A DNA stretch of 62,762 nucleotides, counting the filler, from Basidiobolus ranarum (lineage: Eukaryota): the NCBI GenBank assembly GCA_040143965.1. It is 24 parts of 24 records of this genome, joined end to end, with 100 filler letters (N's around TTAATTAATTAA, not from the genome) between each part and the next. Parts side by side here need not be neighbours in the genome. Positions count along the whole stretch, not along the records: positions 1 to 2,529 come from JASJQH010010110.1; positions 2,630 to 5,157 come from JASJQH010010111.1; positions 5,258 to 7,784 come from JASJQH010010112.1; positions 7,885 to 10,411 come from JASJQH010010113.1; positions 10,512 to 13,037 come from JASJQH010010114.1; 19 more parts are not named here. One strand, 5' to 3'. Shown piece after piece: positions 1 through 13,137 of this stretch; within the stretch, counting starts at the first letter, position 1; every line of letters begins with the position of its first letter. The translations under genes were made by a program, and so were the position numbers. Below the pieces are notes generated by a model. It was not told where the DNA came from. It worked only from the letters and a program-made list of their open reading frames with translations, and made no database searches.

Positions 1-2529
1 CTTGTTGTGTTTAGTCTCTACACATGCACATACTTGACTGATCAGATATAACTCAACAACATCAATATGCTTTACCAGCAAACTAATGGTGGAAAAATTG
101 CTAAACATCTGCAATTTTGAATAGCACTGACACTTGACAAAACGCTGACTCTTGTTACCATTCACAATGAGATTAAGATCTTGGATTTTGGCAAATTTCC
201 ACAAAGAATTCAGCCAATATATCCCCAACTTGCAGTCAACAAATGTCCTGCCACAAGTAGATGTGTCATTGCTGGAATAGATTACACCATGGCTAAAACA
301 ATAATACTGCATATCTTGATCTATCTCACCAAGAAGTCTGTCTTGCAGCTTTCCTAAAAATACCATCAGATTATCACACAGCAAATTAGTCCATTTATAG
401 AGGGACTTACTCTGTGTCCATAGATTGGGCTTTGTTGCTGTTATTGTGCTCAAACAATGCAAAAACTTATGAGCACATTGAAAAGAGCCCTTTCTTGGCA
501 GGTTAATATACTCTGGAGTCTGCTTTACCCATCCCATTACATCCTTCACCAATTTTGCAGATATATTGTTGATCAGATTAGCATACAGTAATACTGACAA
601 TTTCACATGGAGCATCATTTCACCACAGGTGCACTCCATTGGGAATTCCCAGAATGTATAGCAAGGGCCTATAATCTCTAAGCATTGTGAAGGATGCAGC
701 AGGGAATGTATTGAATACTGGCATAGATTCAGTCTATCTTCTTTAAACCTGTAATAAAGTTTTTCATATCCGATTCAAAATCTTTGCGCAGTTGCTGTAT
801 CTACCTGAGATCTGCCAATGTTAGTTGATGCCATAAGAATATATTAACAATATTGACAAACAACTCCTAATGTTCCCAATTCTTATCAGGCAGAAATCTT
901 TTCAAAATTCCACTTGAATATATACAAATCCAATACTTCCAGTCTTTGCATTTAAATAAACATCTAGATGAGTGGATAGTGACAGCAGTCCTGGTAAAAT
1001 ATGATGGTATCTTGACATTTTCAAGTATTTTCCCAATCAATTGAAACTTTGATCATGGCTCATTCATAATGAATTTTCCACTATATAGCTGAGTAAGTAG
1101 TATTGGAATGCTGTTGAATATTAAGTGCATAGTACCTAATGGGAAGCTCTGGCTCCAGCTGATCCCCTTTAGCAGTATAATCTTAAGCTTATGGATAATA
1201 CCAAGTGAGATATTAGACTTACTATTTGGTGATTTGATATCAGTATTCATGTTGAAATCTGACCAAGCTCTAGACAGTAAAATCATAGAGTTTAGTGTTG
1301 TATTTGGACAGTAGTAATGTGTATGCCTGATAGAGTAAACTCCTTTGATTTGACAAAATCTACAGCAAGATAGTGCACTGTGCCTGCAAAAACCTCAAAG
1401 TTTAATGATGGCAGGAGTATCACCAATACATACAATGATATTAGCTTCAATAAAATATTCACCTATTTGAACCCCATTAGCTAACCATTCAAATTCTGAA
1501 ATCAAAGGCTCCAAGAAGCTATCTATAAGCACTGGTGATTTAGGTCCAGATATGTTGGTTAGTATCAAAATATTATGACTCTTACACCATTCGAAAGGAG
1601 GAAGAATTAAGTTGATTAAAATTATTGGCCAGCAAGCCTTTCCAACAGTATATTTGTTTAGTGAGAAACCATCCAGAACAAATGCATGATCATTTGTGTT
1701 CTCAAAGAAACCCTGACTTTTCATATTCTGGTAGTAATATCCATCAAGTATATTGGTATTACCATCAGCTTTATGGTGAGTACATTGGTGTTGGGTCAAT
1801 GAGCTATTTGGGTGATTTCACCAAAACTTCAAGATGGGGAATGAATGGTATATAAGCCAAATATGAACAATATTTACCTGATTCAGTGATTGCCAATTGT
1901 GTGCAAACAGAGCATGACTTCAGGTTTTTCAGAACACTGGTGAAAGCCACACAACCATCTGGACGTGAAGGTAGTTTAATTACTGAAGGATCATAAGTTA
2001 TTCAATTAACAAGTGTTTTCCACTTGTACCAGGTCTGTGGCAAGCAACAGTTGCCAATCAACTGTGGTAAACGTGTAAGAAAACCAATTAACACCTGGTT
2101 GCTAAGATTAGATTGAACTCTCCACTCTTCAATAAGCAAAGCTGCTTCATTTACAGTAAGTGTTATGAGTGGACAAATGTTTGCCAGTAACAAAGAGTCC
2201 ATAACAAAACCATTGTCTTTTTCTTCAACTTCTGATATACTACCATCAGTACTGGAATAACAAAGGTAAACACCCAGCAGCAAGTCCTCAAAGTTGTCTG
2301 GACTATCTGGTTTGACCAAAGTTGCATTTTGACCTACATCATTCTGGTCATAAAACTGTGGTAACTCCATAGTATCTTGACTTTTGGCTATGTTACCAAA
2401 ACTCTGAGGCAAAGCTCAGTCAGGGGACTCAGTGGGCAAAACTAAAGTCAATTTAGTGCACTTGTTACTGTTGTTATACACCAGGCTTGGTGCAGCTGGT
2501 GGCTTTCTACTGTGACCATTCTTGTGATT
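1..2529 (-). mobile_element. Degenerate CMC/EnSpm (CACTA-like, tnp2/Transposase_21-type) transposase, nearly full-length remnant
   Basis: Minus-strand fragments carry the family motifs in order: LDGF..CWPIILINL.LPP..GPKSP..IDSFLEPL..GDTPAI, CRFC, SFPLGTMHL, FKCKDWKYW..YS, YEKLYY..HSLLH..IGPC..WEFPME. Many stops and frameshifts. Confidence 0.85.
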
Positions 2530-2629
2530 NNNNNNNNNNNNNNNNNNNNNNNNNNNNNNNNNNNNNNNNNNNNTTAATTAATTAANNNNNNNNNNNNNNN
2601 NNNNNNNNNNNNNNNNNNNNNNNNNNNNN
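2530..2629. other. Artificial contig spacer N44-TTAATTAATTAA-N44 (first of 23)
   Basis: Identical 100-bp linker with stops in all six frames. Others start at 5158, 7785, 10412, 13038, 15663, 18288, 20912, 23535, 26157, 28778, 31397, 34015, 36632, 39248, 41863, 44478, 47093, 49707, 52320, 54932, 57543 and 60154. Confidence 0.98.
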
Positions 2630-3331
2630 TGTCTTCTCATTAGGGTTTGTTGTCTTCTCAGTAGTTGTGGTTGGCTTCTCAGTAGGTGTGGTTGACTTCT
2701 CAGTAGGTGTGGTTGGCTTCTCAGTAGGTGTGGTTGACTTCTCAGTAGGTGTGGTTGGCTCCTCAGTTGGTGTGGTTGACTTCTCAGTAGGTGTGGTTGG
2801 CTCCTCGGTTGGTGTGGTTGCCTTCTCAGTAGGTGTTGTTGGCTCCTCGGTTGGTGTTGTTGGCTTCTCGGTTGGTGTAGTTGGTTCCTCGGTTGGTGAG
2901 GTTGGCTCCTTGGTAGGTGTAACTGACTTCTCTGTATGTTCAACTGACTTCTCGGCGGGTATAATGAGCTTCTCAGTAGGCACTATTGATTTCTCGATGG
3001 ATACAACTGATTTTTTGACAAGTGGTGTTGGCTTGTCAGTAGGTAGAGTTGACTCTTCAGTAGGCTTGACCTGTTTAATTGAGGTAGTATCTATTTCGCT
3101 TGGTGTGGAATGTAGCTCAGTGTGAGATGTCACTGATGGCTCGTTGGCTACCGAGGCTACTGTAGGAGGATAAATAATATCATGTGGAATAGCTGGAAAA
3201 AATCATATCGTTTAGCTAACTGTACTTATTTATCAGACAACTACTGGATTTAACTTACTTGGAACGTCTTGGGCTGTCAAAGAGCCAAGGTAGCACAAGG
3301 TGACAAGTGGTAAGAAAGATTGATACTTCAT
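2630..3331 (-). CDS. Secreted mucin-like Pro/Thr/Glu/Lys repeat protein (3' end cut by contig edge); exons 3331-3259 and 3192-<2630
   Basis: ATG at 3331 gives the signal-peptide-like MKYQSFLPLVTLCYLGSLTAQD. A GTAAGT..TTTTTTCCAG intron (3258-3193) joins it in frame to the 2582..3133 ORF, which has PTEEPTT/PTEKPTT/PTEKSTT heptads. Confidence 0.8.
2632..2915 (-). repeat. 21-bp coding tandem repeat (PTE[E/K][P/S]TT heptapeptide)
   Basis: Consecutive units resembling ctcagtaggtgtggttg(g/a)ctt on the + strand. Confidence 0.9.
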
Positions 3332-4324
3332 GGTGTCAATTGTTTTCAAGCGAAATTGTTATTGTTACAAGTACTAGACATTTATATATCCGTCACTCAA
3401 TCAGATATGATCATCGTAAAGTAACTCTGGCTCCATAAATAGTAGTTAGCTGAATATGATTCAGTTTCCTATTTTGATATTCTAACCACATCGAATTATT
3501 CTAATAGAATCCGGGATTAATACCGAGATTAATTCAATACTTGGATTTCTTGGATAAATATGCGAAATATTCCGAATTAGTTCTGGACTCCATCCAATAT
3601 AAGAATTTTCTTTTTTGAATCTAGCTATGAGGCTTGATAACTCAGATAATATTCAACCAATTAGATCTATATGATGAAAATTTTAGATATTTAATTATTA
3701 TCCGATTTTGGAATAGCTTCATATCTAGTCTAAATTTGGCTTGTTGTCTGATAAGAACTGTACAGTTATGAGAGCGCTACCAAAATCAAATGTGAAATAG
3801 CACATGTCGGTATTCCTTGTTGGAAATGCAGTTTGACTCGATCTTGAGAGTGGGATACTTGGTTTGAATAGTAAAAGATTTAGTTGATTACAATTGCAGC
3901 AAACATCTCGATCACGAAATTGCTAATCGCATACATGTGAGTCTATTTTAAAGACTCCCATTCAAATTTCTATAAATAATTATTCAGCCAAAACCATATT
4001 GGTTAATTATCGTGAAGTTCTTATAAAGGACTGTCGACATTTTCGGAACGAAAAGCCAAGCTTTCAGCACCAATTATAGTATAGATAGTAGAAATAGCTC
4101 ATGGTTCTGCCTGCTTAACAAATTCTTGAGAGTACAATAGAAAACTTAAATCTGCTTAGAGATCCCTGATCAGTAAATGGATCCTATCAGTGCTCAAAGA
4201 TTGGCCTTTCATATGTTATCAATTGCGGTTTATTTATATATCGATATGAACGTGTGAGTTATACTGTGCGCCATAATTGTGCTGGAATTTGGTTAAATAA
4301 ATAATGCAAGGTTATTTAAGATAC

Positions 4325-5157
4325 TTAAATAATGAGGTATCTATACATCGAAAGTAAGACAACAATCAAAAATGCTAGTTGAGAAGGGTAAATTGCATTA
4401 CTGCCACTAAATTGATAGGATGGCAACGGTCGCCCAGTTGCTCTATTAGTTGTAAATACAATAACAGGTGTCCCATTGACCGTAGTCGTTGCCGTAACAA
4501 CTATTTCACTAACAACTTGTCCATCAGATTGAGTGCTAACAGGTTTCCCACTGAACGTTGAAGTCAAAGAGGTGCTAGAGTCTACAGTTCTGGTTGGACT
4601 TTCAGTGAGTGGAATACTGCTGGTTGTAGGTTCTGATATGGTTGGGGTTGTCGAAGAGTCGGATATAGTTAGAGTTGGCTCTAGGGTTGTTGAAGGTTCA
4701 AATGGTGTTGATTGTTGAGTTGTCGAAGACTCTAGTGTGGTTGGTGTTGACTCTTGAGATGTTGAAGGCTCTGATGGTTGAGTTGAAGATTCTGATAGAG
4801 TTTGAATTGGCTCTGGAGTTGTTGAAGACTCCAACGTGGTAGGGGATGTCTCTTGGGTTGTTGATGACTCCAATGTAGTGGGCGTTGGCTGTTGAGTTGA
4901 AGATTCTGATGCAGTTGGAGTTGGTTCTTGGGTTGTTGAAGGTTCCAATGTGGTAGGTGATGTCTCTTGAGTTGTCGATAGCTCCGATGTAGTAGCCGTA
5001 GGCTGTTCAGTCGAAGATTCTGATGGAGTTGGAGTTGGTTCTTGGGTTGTTGAAGGCTCCAATGTGGTAGGAGATATCTCCTGGGTTGTCGATGGCTCTA
5101 ATGTAGTGGACGTGGGCTGTTCAGTCGAAGATTCTGATGCGGTTGGAGTTGGTTCTT
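4325..5157 (-). CDS. Ser/Thr/Glu/Pro-rich repeat cell-surface protein, probably GPI-anchored (5' end cut by contig edge)
   Basis: Open frame to the contig edge with ~13-aa repeats (EPSTTQEPTPTPS-like). The C-terminus SGSNAIYPSQLAFLIVVLLSMYRYLII has small residues followed by a hydrophobic tail, as in GPI signals. Confidence 0.75.
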
Positions 5158-5799
5158 NNNNNNNNNNNNNNNNNNNNNNNNNNNNNNNNNNNNNNNNNNN
5201 NTTAATTAATTAANNNNNNNNNNNNNNNNNNNNNNNNNNNNNNNNNNNNNNNNNNNNAGGGTTCCCAAAATTGGCTGATCATCATTATTTTGCTCAAAAA
5301 TCTAATACTGCCATTTTTCTTATAGAAGCCAAATTCCCACATACTCCATTGTTTATAGTTTCAATTTTCATTCAAGGGTAGTTATGAGTTACTAATCTTG
5401 CTTAGCAGGCACCCAAGTAGTAGCATGACTAAGGCCTCCTCATTTAGTGGTACCCCAAGTCAGAGAGCTGATCTATCTTAACTTAAATCCAAAGTATGTT
5501 ATATATCATAGAATCACCAGTATTCTTTTGCATTGCCAAATATTTTTGTGTAAGATATAGGCTGCTAAATAGATCTTTAATCTTATATAATCCCTGAAGG
5601 GTTTTCTGAGGATCTAAGTAATTTTAGGAATGTGTATATGTCTCAACTGATAGTTTACAGGATGTAAACAAGTGCAAAAGAGTACCTTTCTCTGCTACTT
5701 GTGTAATTCAAGGATAGCTTCCAATGGTCTCCTTGGCCTTATATCCTGTCCTATAGCAAATCTCCAATGGTCCTTGTCAGCAACTGATGAGACCGCATG

Positions 5800-7784
5800 A
5801 CAGAGTTTTTTGCTAATGAAAAAAAACTTTAATTTATTGAAATTAGGTAATTAGCTATTTCTTATTTAGTAATTAGTTGATTCCTATTCTGAATATTTAG
5901 CACCCAACTCTGCCATTCAAGAACCTGTGTTTATTGCTCTAATTGACAGATAAATCAATTAGATCACTTTTACCAATATTCATTATTTTCTCAAAACTAC
6001 TGCATATCAACTCAAATTTCAACCTGTACTTAACAGGCATGTTTGTTATAATCTAAGCACACTTGGTGGTCTTATCTCCAGGCAAACTATGAATAGAACA
6101 TATTCATGCAACAAAACCCAAGTGTGTATTGCACAAACCCAAATCTTGTCCCATACACTTCCAAGTCCCCTAAACACATTTGTCATAATCATCTTCAAAT
6201 ACAGTAATAGCATACTCTTGCATGTATCCAAGATCTATAAATAACTTCCTTTACCCCATAGCTTCTTGTGTGGTAGCAGAGGCAACTATATACTCAGTCT
6301 CTGTAGGGGAAAGTGCTATAATTAGTTGCTGGTTACTATTCTAAGTAATGGCTCATTTACCATAGCAAAAAGTGTAAACAGATGTTGCTTTTCTATCATC
6401 AAGGTAATCTCCCCAGTTTGCTTCTCTCAAAATTACAAAATTGTACTGGAATATCAGTCAAACTAGGAACAGATACTACTCAAACCTTCTCAGATACTTC
6501 CTGAAGATTACTGATTATGTTTTCTTGATTGCAAACTGTGATTTGAGGGGAAAATTAGCTTTTTCATCAGAAATCACATCTTTGCACTTGATTAACTTCA
6601 GATGATTGGTATCAAATGATCTGTAGGCCTAGAATATATCACAGTGGCCAGGAAATTGGCATTTACTGCTTATGGGCTCTAATCCAAAGCATTTTGAGCC
6701 GGAATTAAGCATTATGCTGAGCAACCCAAGATCCTGAGATGATCCATACTTGATTTTGATCCTTTCAGGGCTTAGAATATAATAGAATTTTGCAGCAATC
6801 TTTGTAGGGATCTTGTTTGATATCAAACAGCTGTGGAGACAGGTTCAGCCAAATATTTGTAATCTATGTTTTGACCATCTAACTGTTATATACCCATCTC
6901 TGCTGTGGTCCCATTAGCAAACTTGGCAACTTCATTTGCGGTGAAGCATAAGTTACAGTAGTTTGTCACCTAATTACATGTTTAGAACAAAAACTAGCAA
7001 AGTGCTCATAGCAATATTTTCAACCGTTGTGACTCCTTAGCACCCTTATATTTTATGCTGCTTCTTTGTGTACCATTACTTTGTAGTGCTTGAACATAAT
7101 TAAAGCCTCAAATTTTGATTTGAGAAAGAGTGCCATGTATATCTTGTTTTCTCATCAAAACAGATCTTAAAATACCTTTTGCCATCTGGTGAGACATTTT
7201 TGATGGGCCCACAAAGGTCAGAATGTATGGGGACATGCATCTGTGAGGATCTGATCTCTCCAGAGCTTGAAAGTGGTTGATTGTGATGATTTTCATATAC
7301 ACAACCCTCAAAACAGTGCAATTTAGTGATATTTTCAATTTCTAAGCCTGAAACAAGTTGAGTTTGTATCATTTAGGTAGTTTTTTTCCCTAATGTGGCC
7401 TAATCTTCTAGATCATGTTGACAGCTTATTTCATTGGTATTGGCTAGTTTTGCATGAACAGAACTCAATCTGTTAATATCTAGCTTGCATAGGTTTTAGT
7501 TTAAATCTAAGTTGCTAATTCAATTTTTTTCTGATCTGTGAAAGCACATCCAGCCTTGCTGAACACAGAGTTTAGTCCATGAGCAGTTGCTTGGCTTACT
7601 GAGAGTAGATACTGGGTTATATATGGTAAAAAGAGTATATCATACAAATTTGCAGATGGTGTAGCTGAACTTTGGTATAAACTAAGCACAACTGTGCTTT
7701 TACCAGCAGCATCTAGTGTGTAGTTATCTGCTATGAAGATGTTCCTTCTTTGGATAGGTTTAAGCTGGAAAGCCAATCTTTCAT
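5800..7784 (-). mobile_element. Degenerate Ty1/Copia pol remnant (protease end, integrase, RNase H; internally deleted)
   Basis: IHSDLCGP..KRYF..FDEKTRYTW integrase motif. An RNase H segment at 6186-6420 matches the better preserved copy at 31150-31396. Confidence 0.85.
5835..6185 (+). mobile_element. Solo Copia LTR (type C) with 5-bp target-site duplication TAATT/TAATC
   Basis: TATTGAAATTAGG...TGTCA, homologous to 30373-30946 (reverse) and 8205-8503. Removing it restores a continuous RNase H sequence. Confidence 0.75.
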
Positions 7785-8204
7785 NNNNNNNNNNNNNNNN
7801 NNNNNNNNNNNNNNNNNNNNNNNNNNNNTTAATTAATTAANNNNNNNNNNNNNNNNNNNNNNNNNNNNNNNNNNNNNNNNNNNNTACTTTGGCATTTCAG
7901 CTTTACAAGCAACCAATTGGCCTTAGATTTTGTGGTCAGATGCAGTCACCATACTCCATATTTCCCTCTTTAGAAATTACTGCTTGTACCACAAGTCACC
8001 AGACTTTCAACAGAGGGTACCTTGTCCTCATCAGGGAAGCTTAGGAAAGATAGGTAATAAGGGGGAAATCAACCTTGAAGTGTTTCAAGGTGGGGAACAT
8101 GGATAGGGAGAGGTCTACAGGCAAGTGTAAATAGTCTGATCAAACTGTTGCAATAAGGAACAAGACCAGGACAGAAAACCAAGACAAGAGGCTGGAAAGC
8201 ATAT

Positions 8205-10411
8205 TCTGATCACTTAGCACACAATTCTGTCATTGAAATATGTGTGTTTATTGCTCTATTTGATAGTAATATCAATTAGATCACTTTTACCAATTTTTAC
8301 TATTGTCTCAAAACTTCTCCAAATCACCTCAAATTTTGACCAATGCTTAACAGGCATATTTGTTACAATCTAAGCACATCCAATAGTTCTATTTCATAGT
8401 AAACCATAAAAAGGACATATTCAATTTAATCAAACTCAAGTGTCTAATTCATAATTCCTAAGCATGTGCAAAACATTTCCAAATCCCCTAAACACTTTTA
8501 TCAGGTTAGGAGCCCCAACCTAGCTGGTAAAGAAATGTCTACCAGTATTAATACCAATGTTTTTGCATCCACAGAGAAGTTTGATGGTGAAGACTTTCAC
8601 CTTTGGAAGTTCATGATGCAAATGGTGCCAAAAGACCAGAATCTTTAGTGATTTGTTACAGGAGAAGAAATAGAGCCAAAGGGACCACCAGTAGCTATCC
8701 TTACATTTCACCACAAGCTGAGGAAAGGACACTGTACATTTTCTCTACAGCTCAGAGACTCTCAATTAACGCACTTATGATCAGCCAAAAACATCCAAAA
8801 CACTAAGGAAGTACTTGAGGGACTATATGTGAATAAAAGCCTAGCTAAGAGGCTATATCCTAGGTGAAAATTATTCTCAATTCAGATGAGTTCTTATTGT
8901 TTTATGCTTAATCACGTAAATTGGATAAAAACTACAGCAGATCAACTCCTGTTCATTAGAGCCCCTCTAAATGAGGATGACTTAGTCATGACACTACTTG
9001 GGAGCCTGCCAGACAAGTTTGGGAACCTCATAATTGCTCTTGAATCAAGATCAGTATTAATAACAATGCAAAACAGGCATTTTTGGAGCTGTAAAACATC
9101 CAACAGGCTTCAATACAAGTGCCCCTAATAGGAAATCAATCATTTACAAGTATTGCAACAAACCAGGCCATTTAATCAAAGATTGCAGAAACAGGATTTT
9201 TGCCAAAATACTAAAATTGGAACAGGCTAATTAAGTTAGCACCAATTGGGGTCATTCAATTGTATCTGCCCTATCAGTAACCACTAAAGAGGACTCAGGA
9301 ATGTGGTACATTGATTCAGGAGCTCCCCAATGTATATCAAGCAAGAAAGTTTGGTTTTCCAGCTTAAAACCAATCCAAACAAGGAAGGTCTATTTTAGTG
9401 ATGACCAAGCACAACATGCAGCTGATAAGGGCACATTTGTGGTCAATTGAGATTAAAATGCAGCTACACCATCTGCAAAATTGGATAATGTCCTCAATGT
9501 ACCAAATGTAGTCTAGAAGCTACTCTTAGTAAGCCAGGCAACTGCTCAAGACCAAGATTTTGTGTACAGCCAGGCTTGATGAACTCTCACAGATCAGAAT
9601 AATAAAAAACTAGCTACTGGGATCAAAACTGAAAACCTATACAAGCTAGAAATTAACTAAAAGCAATCAGAGCATGCAAACTTGGGCAAAACCAGGTAAG
9701 TAAGCTGTCAAATGTGGCATAAAAAATTAGGCCTTGTTGGGAGACATTTAACTGACCCAAAATGATCCAAAATCGGCTTTTTCAGGCTTAATAATCAAAA
9801 ACCTCCCTGAATTGGATCTCTATAAAGTTTGCATTTATGGAAGGTATCACAGAGCACCATTTTCAAGCACTGTAGAGATTTAATCCACTCAGGAACACAC
9901 CCTGTTTCATTCTAGCCTATGTGGGCTCATGAAAAAGATCTCACCAGGGGGGAAAAGCTACTTTATGACCGTTATTGATGACAAAACAAGATATACTTGG
10001 GTATTCTTTCTCAAATCAAAATCTGAAGTCTTGAGTATGTTCAAGCACTACAATGCAATGGTAGAGAAAGAATCAGCGCAAAAAATAGGGTGCTAAGGAG
10101 TGATAATGGTGGCAGATACTGCTCTGAAGACTTTGCTAGTTTTTGTTCTACGCATGAAACTAGGCAACAAACTACTGTACCTTATACTCTATGGCAAAAT
10201 GAAGTTGCAGAATGTACTAATAGGACCATAGTGGAGAAGGTAAGAACAATGTTACATGATCAAAAGTCAGATTAACAATATTTGGCAGAATCTGTCTCCA
10301 CTGCAATCTATATCAAAAACTGATGCCCAACAAGATTGCTACAAAATTCTACTCCATTTGAAGCCCTGTGTGGATCAAAACCAAGTGTGGATCATCTCAG
10401 GATCTGTGGTT
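8205..10411 (+). mobile_element. Ty1/Copia 5' half: partial LTR-C, PBS, gag, protease, integrase (degenerate)
   Basis: LTR ends TATCA at 8503. Gag EKFDGEDFHLWKF, LLGSLP, zinc-knuckle remnant, WYIDSGA protease, LRSDNGG..AECTNRTIVEKVRTML integrase. Confidence 0.9.
8504..8517 (+). promoter_or_regulatory. Primer-binding site (tRNA-iMet anticodon-arm type), one mismatch
   Basis: GGTTAGGAGCCCCA directly after the LTR end; compare GGTTATGAGCCCCA at 15202 and 62699. Confidence 0.75.
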
Positions 10412-10511
10412 NNNNNNNNNNNNNNNNNNNNNNNNNNNNNNNNNNNNNNNNNNNNTTAATTAATTAANNNNNNNNNNNNNNNNNNNNNNNNNNNNNNNNN
10501 NNNNNNNNNNN

Positions 10512-10789
10512 ATTAGAAGCAACTTATGATAGTGTGTTTTTAGTTAGTTTATTCTTAAGAGTATATGGTGACTTATATAGAGAAAAGTAAATCAATTGTT
10601 TGAGATATTCAGGAGTTTGTGTAATAAGATATAATAGATAAGTGGGGGTAATAAGACATACTTATTATATAGATATAGAGATATACCTATTTAGAATATA
10701 GGGGCTATAGATACATTGCTTTCTGTTTCTGATATATGTATCATAACTAAAGTTACCTATGATGTTGAATAAAGATTAATTATCCAACA
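10512..10789 (-). mobile_element. Copia LTR type D (partial)
   Basis: Reverse complement of 42020-42300 (TGTTGGATAATTAATC...). Further pieces at about 34930-35039 and 39348-39454. Confidence 0.75.
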
Positions 10790-11739
10790 CTTATTCTCTA
10801 TAGTCTCTCTGATAAAATGATGTCTAATATATATATGTTTGCTGCTGGTATCAAATGTGGGAGCTCTAGCAAATTTGTCACAACTTCAATTATCTTGAGA
10901 GATTGTAGTTGGTGAATTTTGAGAATGGCCCAAATCTGTTAGAGGTATTCTTAACACATTGCTTATTTTGTTGCATCACAAGCAGCCATGAATTCAGCTT
11001 CTGTTGTTCTAAATGCTATCAGAGGTTATTTCTTTGTATTCAAAGAAATAGCTCCATTACAGCATAGCTACATATATCCTGTTGTAGATCTCCTGTCTGG
11101 TATATCTTATCTTAAATTTGCATATGAGTATCCCATTATGTCAAAGTTTGATCCAGAATATGTGTATCTTAAGCACCGATCCATATCTCTTATTATTTGG
11201 TGCTTCAAAAAAGCATCCATCTTGCTTGTCAAAGATCTTAGAGATCACTTTAAGCCATGGAGTGTTTTCTAGAGTCTGCATGCTCTCATTGGGTTTTCTG
11301 GGTCCACAAATTGGTCTTGCTAGTTTATATAGTTGTCTTTATCAAACTCACTATTCAAAAATGCTACTTTAACATCTATATAATGTATAATTGAGTGATA
11401 TATAGCCCCAATTGCTATAATTAATATATTAAGTAAAACTTTGCAACAAGGGCTAAAGTTTCTGATCTAACAATTTGAGGTGTTTGGTAATAGCCTTTGG
11501 CTATTAGTCAAGCCATGCAGCTTTCTGTGTTGCCATTGGAGTTTTGATCTATCTTTACACACTAAGTGGCAAGCAATTTATTTCTATCCACAGGCCAGTT
11601 GGTCAATATTCAAGTGTGATTATCAATCAAAGCTTGATATTTGGCACCAATTGCAGGTTTATAAAATTTGGCCTGAGTACTATCCAATTCAGGGCCTATT
11701 TTATGATCTGGGGCTCAGGTACTAGAGCTATGTAGTCAT
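10790..11739 (-). mobile_element. Degenerate Copia reverse transcriptase / RNase H
   Basis: Minus strand reads a YKARL.AKGY-like RT, a GYVAVM/DRRSTTG region and HIYIRHHFIRE RNase H, with deletions. Confidence 0.75.
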
Positions 11740-12130
11740 TGTTGAAGTTTATTGCCTTTATCATATTTGTTATCTCTATCTTTATACACCTGACTATTTA
11801 ATATATCACATATATAAGTTAGTTAACATTACTTAGTCAAATAGCACTTAACTGAAAATCAGAACATATATTATATATATATGTGAATATTGTGAGAATT
11901 AGCAATTCCATATTGGAAATTTCAGACTCATCCAAATTGCCCTAAAGATAGCTCATTTTACTTCCACAGATGTTCTGAACACAACCCCAGTGTTAGTTTT
12001 CTGTATTTCCACCAAAGTGTATCAATGCTCTATTTCTGAACAATAAATATATATCTCACAAAGCAATTCACAACTCCACTTTTCTAAAGTTCCTCCAAAC
12101 AGCCCATATTTTTCTAATAGTCATAGGCCC
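11740..12130 (+). mobile_element. Copia LTR type A (11740-12119) with decayed PBS
   Basis: TGTTGAAGTTTATTG...TAATA, homologous to 62299-62698, followed by GTCATAGGCCC. Reverse partial copies at 12909-13037 and 21012-21099. Confidence 0.75.
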
Positions 12131-12626
12131 AATTTTGACAGTCATCAATATAGCAATACAGCAATCTATGATTTCAGATGAGGGATCCTGATTGGCTGCA
12201 AGCTGACCAATCATATGGAGTCTTTGCACCATCAGGAAATTTTTATATAGAACATCCTAGATTTCATAGAGCACTTGGCCAAAACCCAATATAGCAACTG
12301 CTTGGCTACTTATCATCAACTTCTCAATCTATATCATAAGTAGTCACAGTTGTGGCATCCCAACCCCAACCATATACAGTCTTATCACTTGCCAAGAATT
12401 CTATTAGTAAGCTAAGCTGCTTGTGCAAAACTGTATATAGAAAGCCTATCACTGCATTATTAAGATAATTTGCTTTTGGGTTACCATTGTGTTCTTCATA
12501 TACATACTGGTCAGACTACCTTTGCCCATCTCACATATCTTTGTGGTGATAGTTAAGAGAGACTACTAGACATTAGTGATCTAGCAAAGACTTGACTGTC
12601 TTGGAAAAAGTACTGACAGATAGTTA

Positions 12627-12908
12627 CCCTAACAGAAATTTGAGGACATTAACATTGCTGAATCAACATTTTTCCAGCTATCTGGTAGATACCCTGCAAT
12701 ATTGTGCCACTCTGTATTAAGTTCTTCCCAGATATCTGCATGGTTGACACCAGATTGAATGTCAAGTTAAATGTTCTTCTTCTGAAGCCACTTTCTGCAT
12801 ACTCACACCATGTTTTTCCTTTCATACTTTTGAAAATACTCCTCAAGCACTTTGACTACTTCTATATGTCCTTGTAGTGTGACACTACTGAGGGTGCATT
12901 GCAGTGCT
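12627..12908 (+). mobile_element. CMC element left end (TIR CCCTAACAGAAAT) with internal deletion and ORF2 C-terminal fragment on the minus strand
   Basis: Same terminus as 25722. The downstream sequence is the reverse complement of about 57820-58068. Confidence 0.7.
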
Positions 12909-13137
12909 TATTGGGAAAATATGGGCTGTTTGGAGGAACTTTAGAAAGTGGAGTTGTGAATAAAATTTTTGGTAAAAATATTTATTTTAAAGAAATAAAG
13001 CATTTATACATTTTGGTGGAAATACAAAAAACTAACANNNNNNNNNNNNNNNNNNNNNNNNNNNNNNNNNNNNNNNNNNNNTTAATTAATTAANNNNNNN
13101 NNNNNNNNNNNNNNNNNNNNNNNNNNNNNNNNNNNNN

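Noticed and set aside
2578..3125. RSQPHLL-repeat and VGFSVGV-repeat ORFs
   Set aside because: They are alternative and antisense frames of the 21-bp PTEKPTT repeat. The spliced signal-peptide exon joins only the Pro/Thr frame.
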